Origin: Tricharina praecox | Lineage: Eukaryota | Assembly: GCF_024521635.1 (NCBI RefSeq) | Contig: NW_026250405.1 | Location: 310,001 to 374,000 of the forward strand | Length of the DNA stretch: 64,000 nucleotides | Direction of reading: 5' to 3' | Made by a program: the position numbers and the translations under genes | Shown: one piece after another, positions 47,173 through 60,832 of the stretch | Layout: the number at the start of each line of letters is the position of its first letter | Numbering within the stretch: position 1 is the stretch's first letter | Notes under the pieces: generated by a model | Databases searched by the model: none | What the model saw: only the letters and a program-made list of their open reading frames with translations | Told to the model about the DNA's origin: nothing

Positions 47173-50100
47173 TGTGGGAATGGACGGTTGGAGTGGTTAT
47201 AAAGGAAGGAATATAGCAGTAGTGTAAAGATGGAAGAGAAGAGAAAGGCTGGCTTTCTGCTACTTTAAAAAAGAGTGAAGTTCTGTGGTACTACTGCTGC
47301 TGCCGTGAAAGATTGTGTGAGGATCCAGATCCCGAACGCTGTACTGTGCTGTGCTGGTTGTGTTGTGTGATGAAAAGAAGCATAATCATGTCGTGGGGCC
47401 GGCAATGCTTTATAGCATTGCAGTTCTCCTGTGCTCGCAGAATGTTGTATGTAGTGGAAGTGAGGCATCGAACGCGTTGATGGGCCAGTCAGTCAACCTA
47501 CCAGACCCCCGGCGCTTTCACCAACACGGCTCGACCCGGCGGTTCATGCCATACGCCATAGGCTCATACAGGTCTATCATATCATCAGGAGTCTAAAAAG
47601 CAACGTGCCGCGAGGGAAGGTCGACGGCGAGAACTGCACATGCAAAGCCTTCAGGATGCAAGGGCCGAAATTAGCATGGGAGTGAACTTTAACCCGAAAC
47701 TTGGACTGTGTCTTCAGTCTGGGGCGGGGAGGTACACGATTGGTATCGATAAATCTCCCCGGTGATTAAGGAAAGTTTCCCCCCATGTATGTACGTACCG
47801 GCTAGCTTCTGCCGCCGCCGATCAGTCTGCGGGCCCATCTAGAGCTTGAGGTGGACCTACAACGAGAGTCCGCGGATTGCTGCCGGTACAGATGTACCTA
47901 TGTGCTCGCGAACATACCTGTATCGTATGTAGCAGGTGGCTTCCCTCCTGTCTTGTGATTGAAGTAACGGAGGATGATATATCAGCACCTCAAGGGGCGA
48001 TCCCCGCGCGTTTTTCCATCAAGCGGGTGCTAGTGTTCAAGGTAATTCTCCGAGCTGGGTGCATGTGTTGGTTGGCGGGAGCATATGTCGAATTCCCCAC
48101 TCTCCGGATCCTGACGTTTAATTTGATGCCCTATCCTATCCTTCGCCACGATTTCTACCCGCGCGAACGCCACGACGTTGCTGTCGAAGGAAAGAGGCCC
48201 AATAGGCGCGGGCATTTGCTGGGTTGTTTTGGTCGAAGCTTTGACGGGGCCAATCGCAGCGCGTCATGCCCTGTCGATCATTGGTGGATGCATGTCAGCA
48301 GGGGGATGACTGGGTTAGCGCTAGCGGCCATCCCCGCGACACCTCAGACAGCCAGACGCTTTACGTTTCGCATTCGCCCCCTCCCCCTCTTCATCAACAG
48401 CATCCGAACAACCATCGAATGGTTACTCACGCCGGGCTCTGCGGGGTTCGTACCGACGGATACCGTCCCTATGTGAAGTTAAGTCCTGGAGGCCTTAGAG
48501 GAGGCCGCAGAACGAAGCTAAGTGGCCAGACGATCACAGGCGAGCGCTTTTTGGAAACCGACCTGGAACTCCAGCTTACAGGATTATCCCGTTACTTCCA
48601 ACGACGAAGTATTTCTGCCAAAGAATGCAGTTGTTTGGGAACGTTCAAAGCGAGAATGTGGGGGATATGCCGTATGTAGCTATCCACCTTGCGGCGCACC
48701 TCCATGGATGCAGCAAAAATACAAGGGGGGGATTTTTGCGTTGAAGGCTGAGTCTCGCACTCCAGAGTCCAACGAACTAGGTACAATACATTGCGATAAG
48801 CATTTCTAATCTGGTTGCATCCAACCGTATGTATCATACGCATTCGATCGGAATCACTCGAAGGCGGCGTTGCGCACTGACTACATACCGTAGTACATTC
48901 GGGGCATTGCATTGCTAACACCGAGTAGCCGCTAAAAGGGCGCACGCATGAGATGCGACCAGGCGGCGGCGACAACATCCACCGCCACCGCTACCCGCAA
49001 CTCGAAGGCTGCGAGCCTCGGGGCATGCCTTCCTCCTCACACCACGGCCGCTAGCTTCTCCCAGTAGAGAAGGTGGGGCCCCGTTGGGCTCGGGATTCGC
49101 AGTTCAAATTTCTGGTCTTGGCGGGCAGTGGAAGTACTACCTAGTAGCAGAGCAAGGTAGTGAAAGTGCTAACAGAGAAAGGCCATTATATACAGCTTGA
49201 AGATCCCCGGCCTCTTTTTGGGCTGATAGTTTGCTCAGTCTCCCTGGAGACCTACTGCAAGGCTGTGAAAGTGACCATCGGCCGTGAATCTTGGATCTCA
49301 TGGGGGCTCACTAGGCTAGATATCTCGAAATGCACGCCTGCTGGAGGTACTTACATACCCACTGTATGTACAATACATGCGACTGTCAATTACCCAGTAG
49401 GTAAAGAGGACTGATTCGGGCATCGGATATATATCTGCGATGTTCTCAGTCCCGCGAGCGCGAGGATCGAGGCAACGAAGCATCCCTGGAAGACTGTGGT
49501 GGCGACTCTGGGCACGCTAAGCCACCCGGGGGGCGCAGCACATCATAAGAAGTCACTCGCATACGTTTCTACGGGAGTCGAAATCATTCATATGCGGCCG
49601 ATTCCTGGCTCGATTGAAGCAGGGGAGATCCGAGGAGCTTGCGCAGGTGGTGGAATAGTATAAGAGCGAGTCTTGGAGCTTTTTTTTGAGTCTGCCACCA
49701 TTGTGCGCGTTTCTTGGTGAACCAACCTATATCTTGTATCCCCAGGTGAAAAGTGAGTCGCTGCCTCGAACTTGTTCCCCAGATGGCAGACACAATAGGA
49801 ATACGTAGCACGACCTATATAGATTGCACGTAATATGAGTCAACAGGCGAATTTTGCACTCACCCGAGAAACTTCTGCTCTTTGATTTTAAATCTACTTA
49901 AAATAGCCGCAACCCCAGATTCTTCTTCCATCCTGCTTTCACCACACAACATATCTCATGCCAAGCAACTCTGGTTATCGAGACACCCTATGTATGACGG
50001 TAAAAGGTCAGAAACCCGTCACGGTAAAGCACAGCATGTGCATTTCCCTCGCTCCCTCAGAACGGAAGCTTACACGGGTGATCGATATCAGGCCTGTAGA

Positions 50101-53100
50101 CGACGGCCGCGGCGTTTTTGCAGAAGCAGTTGATGGCCGCTATCTCTTGGACCAGTCGCTCGCACTTCCGTGCCTCATTCGTGCCCGGCGACAGGAAGAG
50201 TTCGCAGACACTCCGTGCGGCGGGAGTGCGGTCGCGGCTGCAAGACCGTTTCTCCAATGTAGGCTTCGTGTCGTCAGCATTTCGGTATTTTCCGCGCCGG
50301 AATATGCCTCGCGGGATAACTCACCGACGCCTGAGCGGCGAGGACGGCCGAGAGAAGCATGGTCATGGTCCAGGATGATCGCATGGTGAACCTGTCTCGG
50401 AGATGGTTTTGGACTTTGACGGGTGGTGCTGATTCAAGTTGTCTGTGCGGTTTAGTTCGAGATGGAGACCTGACAAGAACGCTTTATATCTGCTCAAGAT
50501 GACATCTCATGACGACTGTTTCACTCTCCGTGCTATGCGACTCGAAAGGCACGCTCAGTTCAGAGATCCTGGAAGAATTTTCTGTGTAAATGAGCGAGAC
50601 TTTCCACCGACGGGTCAGTTTCGTGGACACCGAGAAAGCGGATCCGGAGGACAGACGTTGTGATACCTGTCTCGCTTACCAAGGCGCAATGCATAATCCC
50701 GACAATCGTCCGCACAGAAAACGGTTTTCCGAACTTTCGTCCCGGAATAGTCGAAGAATCGAACATTGTCGCACGCACTGTACAAAGCACTGTTGGGCAA
50801 ATCTCGCCTCTTCGAAGCAACAGAGGTGGGTATCACTACGTCGAGAGCTGGGATTCTGCATAACGGCCACACTCAAGTGTTGCACGTCGGTTGGTGTAGC
50901 TTTATACAATCTCGTTGAATTCGCTGTCTAAAGGCTAACTTTCTAGTATCCCCGCCCTTACCGGCCCATGCGAAGTTGAAGTCCTGTGGCTCTTGGAGCA
51001 TTTCAACAAACGCTCGACTACTTAGATAACAAGTAGTTTTTGGCACCAGTCTCTACCCCTGCATCCTTCCCACATTACGCAGCACGAGTTCACGTTCTCC
51101 ACCCCAAGCACCCAATGTATGTACTGCTTCCTCGGGCAAGACATACAGAAGACAACCTCGCAACCCACACAAAGAAACGGAAATTCCAAAGAACAGCAAG
51201 ACTTACCAATTAGCCCACCATTCCGGTATTGTTCCACGAGTGTCCAGTATGGTCGGGCAGAATGAAGGCGGATACACAGGGCCAGTTCAACGGTAACATT
51301 CGCTACATGTTACTCCGTTTTTCCTGGTCCTGCAAGTCTCCGCTCGCTCACTCATTCCTTGGATGGAGGTCTTGCGGGTTCACCCGTTCCCGTTTGGGTG
51401 GTTTTCGACGCCGGCCTGTGCGCGGTGGCCGTGGTTCCTGGTCGTTAAAAGGGTCTGGTACAAGAAATTTTTCATCCCCCGCCGTCCCGAATTGGGTAGA
51501 TGCCGCTACGTTGGGGGTAGAGTCCCCCGTACGGTGGTGCAAGCCCTCAGTTTCCATGCCGGTTTTGTGATTGTGTGGCAGATTTTGTGATTGTGTGGCA
51601 GGTTTCGGGAGAGCTTGTATGTACCGTTCGCAGTTTTCAGTGTTGGAATTTCGTCGGACTGGCGAGATGAGATGATGGTTTGGGTCAACGCTGGAGACTG
51701 CTGCTTATAAACATTTTTTTAGGGCGTAAATCTTTCAACTTCATGGCTGTGCTTGAAGGATCGAGTTGAAACTTTATGGCGGGATCGCAATTTGATTGAT
51801 CATTGAACGATGGTCTTTGCGGTGACTGTAGTTTTAAAGGAAGTTCGGTTTTTTCTTCTACACTTGAAGAAAACTGACCTTAGCATATTGGGAAGTTGAT
51901 TTGTTGGAGGTGTTTGCGACGAAGAATTGCTCCCACAAGATCCGGTGAGCTCTATGAGTACTAATAATTCGATTTTATAGATTAGCGGAAAGTCACTTGT
52001 GGGGGCGGGGGTGGAATCCGTTGTTCTATGACTGGTGATTTCAAGTTTGTTGGCCGGCCAACAAAACATCTCACCATGTATTTGAACGAGATCGGGCCAT
52101 TTGTCGTGTACAGGCTGACGGAGCCGCACTTGGATGAGCACACAAATAGCAAGTTTGGCCGGAATTTTAAAAGTCTTCCTTTTGCGGTCCATCTTACATA
52201 AGGCTCACCCGCACATATGCTGTCTAGATCGGAACGACGGAACCATCTGCGGAACGATGCAGCATCTAGCATAAGGTGTGCAGCTTCTATTCTTGTCGCG
52301 GCACCATTTCTGATTAGATCAAGAATCAGCATATCCTCTATCGCCGGTGCGGCTTCAGATTCCCGTCAGAGAGCGCACTGCTTTTTTGTGGGATGCATTA
52401 GCAATATGTAGCAATGAGTCTGTGTAGTAGTCCATGTGATGTGTTCACTCCGCAGCTACCGCGGTCCGCAACATCCGTTGCCGCACGCTTCCGCCGCGTT
52501 GCTAAAAATAGCGTCGCTGGTAGCCGGAGCTGACAACCAGATCCCCGCCGTCGGCCGCCGGCTAGGATGTACCCTACCCAACGTCCCGAACATGGCATTC
52601 TCCGGCTGAATACATGCGCAGTCATCGCCGTTGAATACCCTCCGACATCAACCGCACCCCGCCTACGCTGATGACATCACAACATCAGGTTTAAACTTCC
52701 GTGACGATCCGGCGCGGAAGGCTTGTCGGAAAGGCGGGCCCGATTTCGTTAGGGCGACAGGGCTGTAAGTGTATCACAGGGCCCTCGCGATCGTGGAGAT
52801 ACCTCGATGAGGAAAAATCAGCGTAGAATCTCCGCATACTCGCATACTAAGCTGCGGAACTCCCGGATGCGGATGTCACTTCATTGTGCCGAAGCCCGAC
52901 AATGGAATGTGCTGAAGACCAGATGGAAAGCGGTATAAATGAAACGATAGGTACCTCGATGAATAATACCTCACTCACATCCAACAACACAACAAGAACA
53001 GCATCTCGAGCTCATCATCCAACCTTATCAACATCCTCATTCCATCCGATCCAATCTAATAAAACCTCCTCACTCAACCAACCACTCCTCATTCAAAAAA

Positions 53101-53116
53101 CCACTCCAAAGCCAAA

Positions 53117-53548
53117 ATGCAGTTCACCTCCGCCCTCCTCTTCTTCGCCTCGACCTTCGCCGTCGCCTCGGCCGGTACCCCCGCCTCGGTCCGCTACGAT
53201 ACCACCTATGACACGTCCTCGCAGTCGACTCTCACGCTGGCCTGCTCCGACGGCGCCAACGGGCTGTACACTAAGGGCTACGAGACTCTCGGCGAGCTGC
53301 CCAGTTTCCCGAACGTCGGCGCGGCGGCGGTGATCACCGGCTGGAACTCGGCGCAGTGCGGAACGTGCTTCAAGCTGTACTACCAGGGCAAGACCGTCTA
53401 CATCACCGGCGTCGACGTGGCCAGCGGTGGCACCGGGTTCGTCCTCAGCAGGGCCGCCATGAACACTCTGACCGGCGGCCTGGCTACCCAGGTGGGAACC
53501 GTCACTGCGGATTATGCGCAGGTTGCGTCCTCTTTCTGCGGCTTGTAA
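53117..53548 (+). CDS. Cerato-platanin family secreted protein (SnodProt1/Sm1-like)
   Basis: Signal peptide, VRYDTTYD, LACSDGANGL, GWNSAQCGTC, AMNTLTGG and C-terminal CGL; four Cys. TATAAA at about 52934. Confidence 0.97.
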   Translation: MQFTSALLFFASTFAVASAGTPASVRYDTTYDTSSQSTLTLACSDGANGLYTKGYETLGELPSFPNVGAAAVITGWNSAQCGTCFKLYYQGKTVYITGVDVASGGTGFVLSRAAMNTLTGGLATQVGTVTADYAQVASSFCGL

Positions 53549-53726
53549 TCGGTCGTCGGTGGGACTGTGTATATTTTTCGGCGGGAGCGGAAGGCGCGGA
53601 GGCGGGGTAGAAGGGCTTGTATACAGACGGAAGAAGGCGGGGTCATGGCAGGGGGATGAGCATATGGGATTTAATTCTGTAATTATGATTGAACATAAAT
53701 TAATGTACGACATTGCAATTGTATTC

Positions 53727-53846
53727 GGTTTGTTTGTTTACTCATTGATTGTATGCGACGCATCTACATATGAAATCGTGTTCGGTTTTGTGTTGTTTGA
53801 TGATTAGTTGCATGCGAACCTCCTACCTAGATCGATCATGGCAATA
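53727..53846 (-). mobile_element. Two tiny LINE 3'-tail fragments
   Basis: TCATTGATTGTATGCGAC and TTGCATGCGAACC..CTAGATCGATCATGGCAATA match the tail motif. Confidence 0.55.
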
Positions 53847-54214
53847 CATGAATTGTATTCGTCAGGTCACACGTGATAATTTTTCTTCACTTTTTGAGTG
53901 AGAATCCATGTTCGTAGCATTAGATGTCAGACTGTCAGATACCTGTTGATGATATCCCAATGCTTATGTGATCTTTGGTAGATTCCCTCCACTTCACCGC
54001 TTGCTCACTACTCGCCGGAACATCCTCAATCCGTGAAAGTTACCTACCCTATACCTCTCGGAACCGCAGCTTCTACCATTGCCTAGCTCCCATGCGTTTT
54101 TGCTGTGCATATAACTCACGACTTTCTACGTGAGGAGCGTGCAGTGACCGAGTGGTTGCGATTTAGTACTTCGACGAGCATATAACCAAGTTCTTGTTTC
54201 TTGTAGTGTCTCGA

Positions 54215-56045
54215 TAACGTGCTGGCCACCATATCACGTTTGTCGCTATTCTTTTTTTTTTTTTTTTGGGGGGGGGGGGGGGGGAGGGGGGGTTTATTGT
54301 TTAATCAGTAACTGCTGGTACGTTTGTCGCTACATTTTGTTTTGATAATTCTTTGCGCATTTCTAGCTATTCCTCGCTGTGGGAATCTGTTCATTGGTGC
54401 TCACTCGGACGTCGAGTGACGTTGTTTGATGTCAAATATCTGTCAACACCTTGGAATGTAGCAGTGTTTGCTGCAAAACAAACTTTTGAGTCGAGGCTAG
54501 TGCGCTAGAAGTGGTTGCTTGGAATTCCACCAACTCCTATAAAACCCACCTTTCCTCCGAACTCTTCCTCCCTTTCTCCTTCCTCTCTCCATTCATAAAC
54601 GTCTTCTCCTTCTTTCCCGTCCGACATTAATTGGTGATTCATGCTACTGACCTAGATTAGTTTAATTGTTTTCCACGGTCCGCCACCAACGATAGGGATA
54701 CTGGCAGTAATGCTACCTTCCTTCCTTCCTTCCTTCCACCTAGGCTCGAGCTCAAACCTGGAGGTAAGTCCTTCTCTCACCCCACTTTTGACTTCCAGGA
54801 TAACCTTACAGAGCTATCCTGCTCAGCCGTAGCAGCGAAGAACCGAGGGATCCGTGTAACCGGTCTACATAGACTGTTGCAAGAGACAGATCCAACCCTC
54901 GCGGCTGAGTAGAAAAGATCTACGGACGGGGTTTTCTCTTCTGCTGCCGGCGAAGTTCTTTCCCCCTTCCTCCGGGAGTCCAAGTCGGGTGAGAGCCGAC
55001 TTGCTCCCGGTGGATGGCCTCTCCGGAACCGGGTGACAGACGGTTTCGTGTTGACGAGGAAAAAAAAAACAAAGAAAGTATAACTTCCGAGTTATACGCG
55101 TATAACCTGGTTTACTATCCCCCCAGGTTATACGCGGAGGTTTTCTTCCTTTGCTGTGAGAGAGCAAAGGTCTTTCCTCCTGGCCATGTATGTCATGTGT
55201 GACAGACATGCCACATGCGTGGCCCACGGCCCATGCCTCCGAAACTGGGCTACAGACGGTTTCGGACGAGCAAATAAATAACTAAAGAAGTATAACTTGG
55301 TCTACTACCGCCCCAAGTTATACGCGTATAACGTGGTTTACTACCTATCCCCCCATGTTATACGCGGAGGTCGTCTTCCTTTCAGAGCAAAGGTTTTACC
55401 TCCTGGCCTTGCATGAGTGAGATGCATGTGCCATTGGCCAAATGTTGTTCCTCTGGCCGCTGTGCGAGAGAAGAACATTTGACTTGGTGCGCGAGTTGTT
55501 TTGAGGCGGGGTAGCAGTGGGCGTACGGGGTGTGGCAAGCGTGCATGCTCGCTGGAGTACTATATCTTCCCCGACAGCTGGCGCATCTTTCGGCGTTGAG
55601 GACGGTGCGGTTTCCATCTCGATCTCGGTCGCTGCTCCCGTTGATGCTGTCGTTTTGTGTTTAATATCACTCGCATACAGCAAATCTAGACAACCTACTA
55701 GTATGGTCATTAGCGACAACCTCGTCTCCCATGCCCTCCGTCTGGGTAAAACGGATGACAGAGTTCGTACCCACGAAGAAAACATCAAAGAACCGCTTTT
55801 CACACGTCCCCGCCTATTCATCTCAACCTCCTCTCCCTATCCATCTCGGAAGCCCTCAGCGCCATATTTTCCCTTTCCCCATGTTTCGAGGGATGATGGA
55901 TGGCCTTCTGAGATCCCTTGCCGGTCTATCGCTATTCAGATTGAAGTAAGTATCACCATTCCCTCGCTAATTTTCTCTTTTTTTTATCGTATATTCATTC
56001 ATGCCGAGTGCGAATACATAAAGCTTCCCCGTGCACCCCCGTCAA
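54215..56045 (+). repeat. Modular dispersed repeat, long copy (promoter, hairpin core, distal module)
   Basis: Matches 10560-10870, the reverse complement of 19240-20410, and 9000-9510. Confidence 0.9.
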
Positions 56046-56429
56046 ACCGACTCACCTCTGCCTCACCTCCGCCACACCTAGCCCAAACAGCAGCCTTCTC
56101 CAGGCCATCCATCATTCGCCTTTAGACTAGTGACCTCTCATTCTCATAAAGAAAACGGGACCGATTTACATCTAACTCTTTGCTGCTGTACTGGTTCTCT
56201 CTCTCCCGAGGAGCTTTTCATACACCAGTACCTACATACTTGAACATGAGGCAACGGTTGGAGTTGGGGCTGCTGCAGTGCTCGCCTCATTCTACCGAGT
56301 ATTTCGACGACACTAATCGACGTTGTGGTGGTGGTGGTGGTCGTGGCGTACGATAAAACCTTTTTATCAGAGTCACTCGGCGTCGTTTCGAACGAGTTGC
56401 TAACTACGTCTCGAACGAACGGCCACATT

Positions 56430-56487
56430 TTCGCCATAGTCTAGATAGGCCGCATGCGAAATAAAACAGGAAGATCTCTCTCTCTCG
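56430..56487 (+). mobile_element. Tiny retroposon 3' end with AATAAA and (TC)n tail
   Basis: CGCCATAGTCTAGATAGGCCGCATGCGAAATAAAACAGGAAGATCTCTCTCTCTC; the reverse complement occurs at 4985-5055. Confidence 0.65.
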
Positions 56488-57119
56488 GACGGCCACATCG
56501 AGGATCTCACAAGCCACAAGTCCTGACCAAACCCATAACGACGAAAACGCAAATCTATTTGAAACAACACAACTCGCGCAACTCCCTGATACGATACCAT
56601 GGAGGAAAGGACGAGGGAATGGCATCGCAGACATCAGAGTGCGTATTGAGATGGTCTTGGATGCACTCGACTTATGCAACCACTCCCTGCTATACTAGTA
56701 GTGTGATGATATGGGATGGAGAAATAAAGTTTCATTCGAAACGTCGGCACCTGCAATCCGAGCGATATATCGTGATTTATTTGAAGCAACAAATGCGCAT
56801 TCGCGTATTCCATTCCACCACGTCATCAAGCCTTCGGCAGCAACTTCGCCTTCTTCGCCTCATCAAAGACGTGCTCCTAGTCGGTGATAGTATCTACCGT
56901 CCCAAAGAAGACCAACCTCCTCGCCTTCTCAGAGGCAATAACGAGGTTCTATGTACTCTATAGCCAGAATCCCATCCGCGAACTTCCAAATCGCGCCATC
57001 CCACACCTTCTGATCGGCTAGGGAAAAAGGATGGAAAGGAGGAGGAGATGAGTCTGCTTCCGAGGAGGAAGAGGAATCTACAAAGATGGAGGAGGAGATG
57101 GGAGGCCGGTAACCAGACA

Positions 57120-57275
57120 CTGCTTGTTGATTCATGCTACTGACTTATAATTAGTTCTCACGGGCCGATATCGACTCCGAGGTCTACTCTTTGAGGTACG
57201 TGCTCCCCCCCCCTCTTGATTCCCGGCTACTTTCCGGCGTGTCCCTGGTTGCTAGTCGTCCGACGTCAACCACGG
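57120..57275 (+). repeat. Fragment of the modular repeat
   Basis: TTGTTGATTCATGCTACTGAC, GAGGTACGT and GGCGTGTCCCTGGTT match 41263-41345 and the tandem subunit. Confidence 0.65.
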
Positions 57276-59400
57276 CACAACAGGTGCGAGAAAAACCGAA
57301 TGACGAGTGATGAACCAGCGAAGCCGGTCCTGCAGGGAGATGGAGAGCTAAGTAGGCTGTGCGGCTTTCAGCCCGCGCATCAGCAGCCAACCTTCGCATA
57401 CGGGTAAAACGACAAAATAAGAGTATAGCTCGGGATTTTGTCACTTCGCTCGCGGCTTCAGTCGCGGCTTCGGTGGTCTTCAGTAGCCCTCAGGAATGCA
57501 GCGTGTTCCCTATTAGCAACTTGGGATAGCTTAATTTTAACAATCTCGAATAAATACACGAGCAACCCTTTCTGAGGTTCGGCGGCGGGTTCGCCAGGCA
57601 GCACGGTGCCGTGTTCGCTAGGGGGGTTGGTCAGGCAGCTCGGTGAAGGGTTCGTAGGCAGCTGACACCCTGAAAAGCCGACTGTGAGCTGAGCTGCCAG
57701 TGCCCAAGCTGGCCGCCATTGCCCTGTTGTCACTGTCCTGTCCGAAACGAAGCCGAAGACGGTCCGGATGTGATAGCTAGACGCGACTGCGCTGAGCTGA
57801 CATAGGTATCTTCTCGGCGGCGGCCTGGAGAGGACTCATATTTGGCGCGCATAGGTAAGCGGCACGTAGGAAAGTGATTGTTTTGTGGTGTATCGGAATA
57901 AAAGCTGTTTATTTGCGGTTGGGACAGTTTCTCGTCGAGCTTCTGTGGCGACGAAGGCTGAAGCCCTTTGGCTAAGTATCTTAGCGTGTCCAGGTTTCCA
58001 CGCAATTACGTAACCGTGTCTGATTCATCAGAATGTCAGCAGCTGCTCAATCAAGACTACGGCGGTAGTTATGGACCCCGGCTCGATGCCTTTGCATGGA
58101 CGGAGTTCCTTGACATCTCCAAGCCCAATCATCTGTCGAGCATCAGCCCTCCTCCGACTCCGTGCCCCAATAACTACATCGTCCGGCACTCTTATTGGTC
58201 GACTTAAAATTTACCTCCGCCGTGCAATCAACCCGATCGATGGCAACTTGCAAGCACTGCGCATGACGGAATGAGATTTCCACATTCACAACTAAGGGGC
58301 CGAGACTCGAGGTCTCGAGAGACCGTTCTAGTTGTATCATATTGATGACGATAAAAGCTAACCGACAAGTTGATTGTCAACATAGGTAACATCTCAGAAT
58401 TCGACCAGTGTTCAACGGGGTAACAGTATGGGTAGTGGCGGAACCTCCGAAGGGGTTTTCAAATGCCTAGGGATCGGCACGATCGCCGGGCCAGCAGAAC
58501 ATAAAAGGACGGTTGCTCAAACGATGTCGATCAATTACAACCACTCTGTCGGACGCATGGGATGGGGATAATTCGGTAATTCCTGCAGCTTAGCTTCCCT
58601 ATTTGCGATTCTCCGCTCGTTTCCTATTCCTCCAGGCTCCAGCTGCGCCGTCACGCATTGCCGGTCATGTACCTGACGACGATTGAAGTATGTAGGGCGG
58701 AGCCCCCCGGCGCGGCGTTTACTCCTCCTCCATCGCTTCTCGGGCATTTTATCGGAGTGTTGGGATAAGTTCCATTTCTAGAACCAGACTCCCTTTTCCA
58801 TACCGTCGTTTCTCATATTGCTACACGACCCAAGACATTCGTTGAACTCTCTTCGATTGGGCACAAGTCATTTCGCTGTCCCTGCCATGCAAGGCACGAG
58901 ATTGCCTACGCCACCCCAACCGTTTTATATGTTTCCGCCATCAGGAAGCTTGTCATGTACTAAGGATCGTGATCCCTGACTCGATGGCCGACATCAGAGC
59001 ACGTCGCCGATATCCGATATCAATCTCGAAGTATTCCCCACATGAGGAAGTCGGGAGATCGACACACAGATAACTATCTACAGGGGTTTAACGGTGGGGC
59101 AGCTTGCTAAACTGAACTGAGATGGAGAACTGCGTGGAAGGCATAGCGCCGGGGATTAATTCCCTGTCAGGTATGGCTAATTACCGTTGGAAGGTCCCGG
59201 ATACAGTGTCACAACAACGCTTCCCCAGATGATTCGGCGCCGCGGTATAGACCAAACGATTCGAATATACATGATGTTCGGTAAGATAAGGTGCCCGCAA
59301 TTCGGTTTCAATAAGATGGGAAGGAATCCGTGTGGTCTTCATTGATCATCGGTCGTTCGACATTCATTGAAACTACATATCCCTCGCTTTCTCCGTCACC

Positions 59401-60832
59401 ATGCTCGTCAAGAACATCTTCCCGTTGCTGGCACTCGCCAGCATTGTTGCGGCCAGCCCGTCTCGCCCTACGCCTCCAGAGAAGAACATGCGACTGGTTA
59501 AGATATCTGAGGATGACGCCGGAACTTGGGTGACCGAGGACGAGAAGTTCGATAAGTTCATCTCGAAACACATTCACTTTGTCGACATCACCGAGACTTG
59601 GGTAGGTTCACTGGTTAATTCCGCCTTCCGCCATATGTGCTTACATGTGTCAGGAACTGGAAGAGCTCGGTGCTGCAAGGAAGATCGGGAAGCGACAGAA
59701 TAGCTTTCCGTCAGGTCCTACTCACCAGAGTGTGGCAGCTCCGTTGATTTCCGCGTTGTCGACAAAAAACTTGCAGAGTTGGGCGACGACCTTAACAAAG
59801 TAAAGCTCGGCCAGGTGATTCTTTAGCGAAGATGCGCCGCACTGACACAACTTGTAGCTACTACAATCGGTACTACAAATCCACCTATGGAACACAGGCC
59901 GGAACGTGGATGTACAACACCGTCGTCAGCGTCGCCGCCAGCAATCCTCTGATCACTGTCTCGAAATTCACCCACAGCTACTCGCAGCCATCCGTGATTG
60001 CGAAGATTTCTGGAACATCTGGCTCCGTCGGTACGTGTTTTCCTGCCCATGCAACTGGATGGTACGCTAACCGGTTTCATCCAAAGTGGTCGTTTCCGCA
60101 CACTTTGACTCCATCGGCAGTACCATCAGTGGTAGAGCTCCAGGAGCAGATGATAATGCTTCCGGGATTGTCACCATTCTAGAAGCCCTTCGGGTTCTCG
60201 CTACCGCCAAGTATAAGCCCTTCAATACGTTGGAATTCCACTTCTACAGCGGCGAAGAAGGCGGGTTGTTGGGTTCGCGGGACATCATGAATAATTATGT
60301 CAAAAACAACGTCGACGTTCTTGCGATTATGAATCAGGTAAGATTTCTTTTCGTCCTGCGTGGAACGGGAAACTAGTTGCTGATGGGTGGGGTGGATAGG
60401 ACATGACTGGCTATAGTCCCAACAATGTTATCGCGATCTACACCGACTTCGTCAGCACGCCTCTCACGAACTTCCTAAAAACCCTCGTCCCCGTGTACAC
60501 CCAGTTACCGCTCGTCACCGACCAGTGCGGATACGCATGTAGCGACCAGTGAGTTCGCAATCGAGCGACAATTGATGCGAGTGGCACTGATCGGTGAATA
60601 GCGGATCGGCCAACTCGGCGGGATTCCCGGCTGCCTACGTGTGCGATGAGAACATGCAGGACGCTTCGCCCTACATTCACTCGGCTCAGGATACCTATGC
60701 CACCCTGAACTTTGCTCACATTCTTCAGCATGTGAAGGTGAGCGATTCCATAAATTGTGTCGCCGGGTTCGGCTATCGCTAATCATAACTTAGTTCACGA
60801 TCGGCTTCCTCGTCGAGGCTTCGTATTTCTAG
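59401..60832 (+). CDS. lap1: Secreted leucine aminopeptidase (M28, Lap1 type); exons 59401-59601, 59654-59799, 59858-60030, 60087-60337, 60400-60548, 60602-60737, 60794-60832
   Basis: Signal peptide, FVDITE, NRYYKS, SAHFDS, APGADDNASG, SGEEGGLLGS, NQDMTGY, CGYACSDH and PYIHS. Six GT-AG introns keep frame. Confidence 0.95.

Noticed and set aside
51022..51557. Possible small minus-strand spliced gene (METEGLHHRT..)
   Set aside because: Donor-like sites exist, but I could not build a consistent frame or recognise a product.
54252..54292. Long T run followed by a long G run
   Set aside because: A homopolymer expansion, or sequencing artefact, of the TTTTTTGG tract seen in other copies of the module.
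55078..55365. CRISPR-like iteration of palindromic GTTATACGCGTATAAC units
   Set aside because: Eukaryotic context, the intervening sequences are themselves repeated rather than unique spacers, and there are no cas genes.
57280..58760. Short ORFs upstream of lap1 as a possible pseudogene or TE
   Set aside because: No recognisable motif or consistent splicing.
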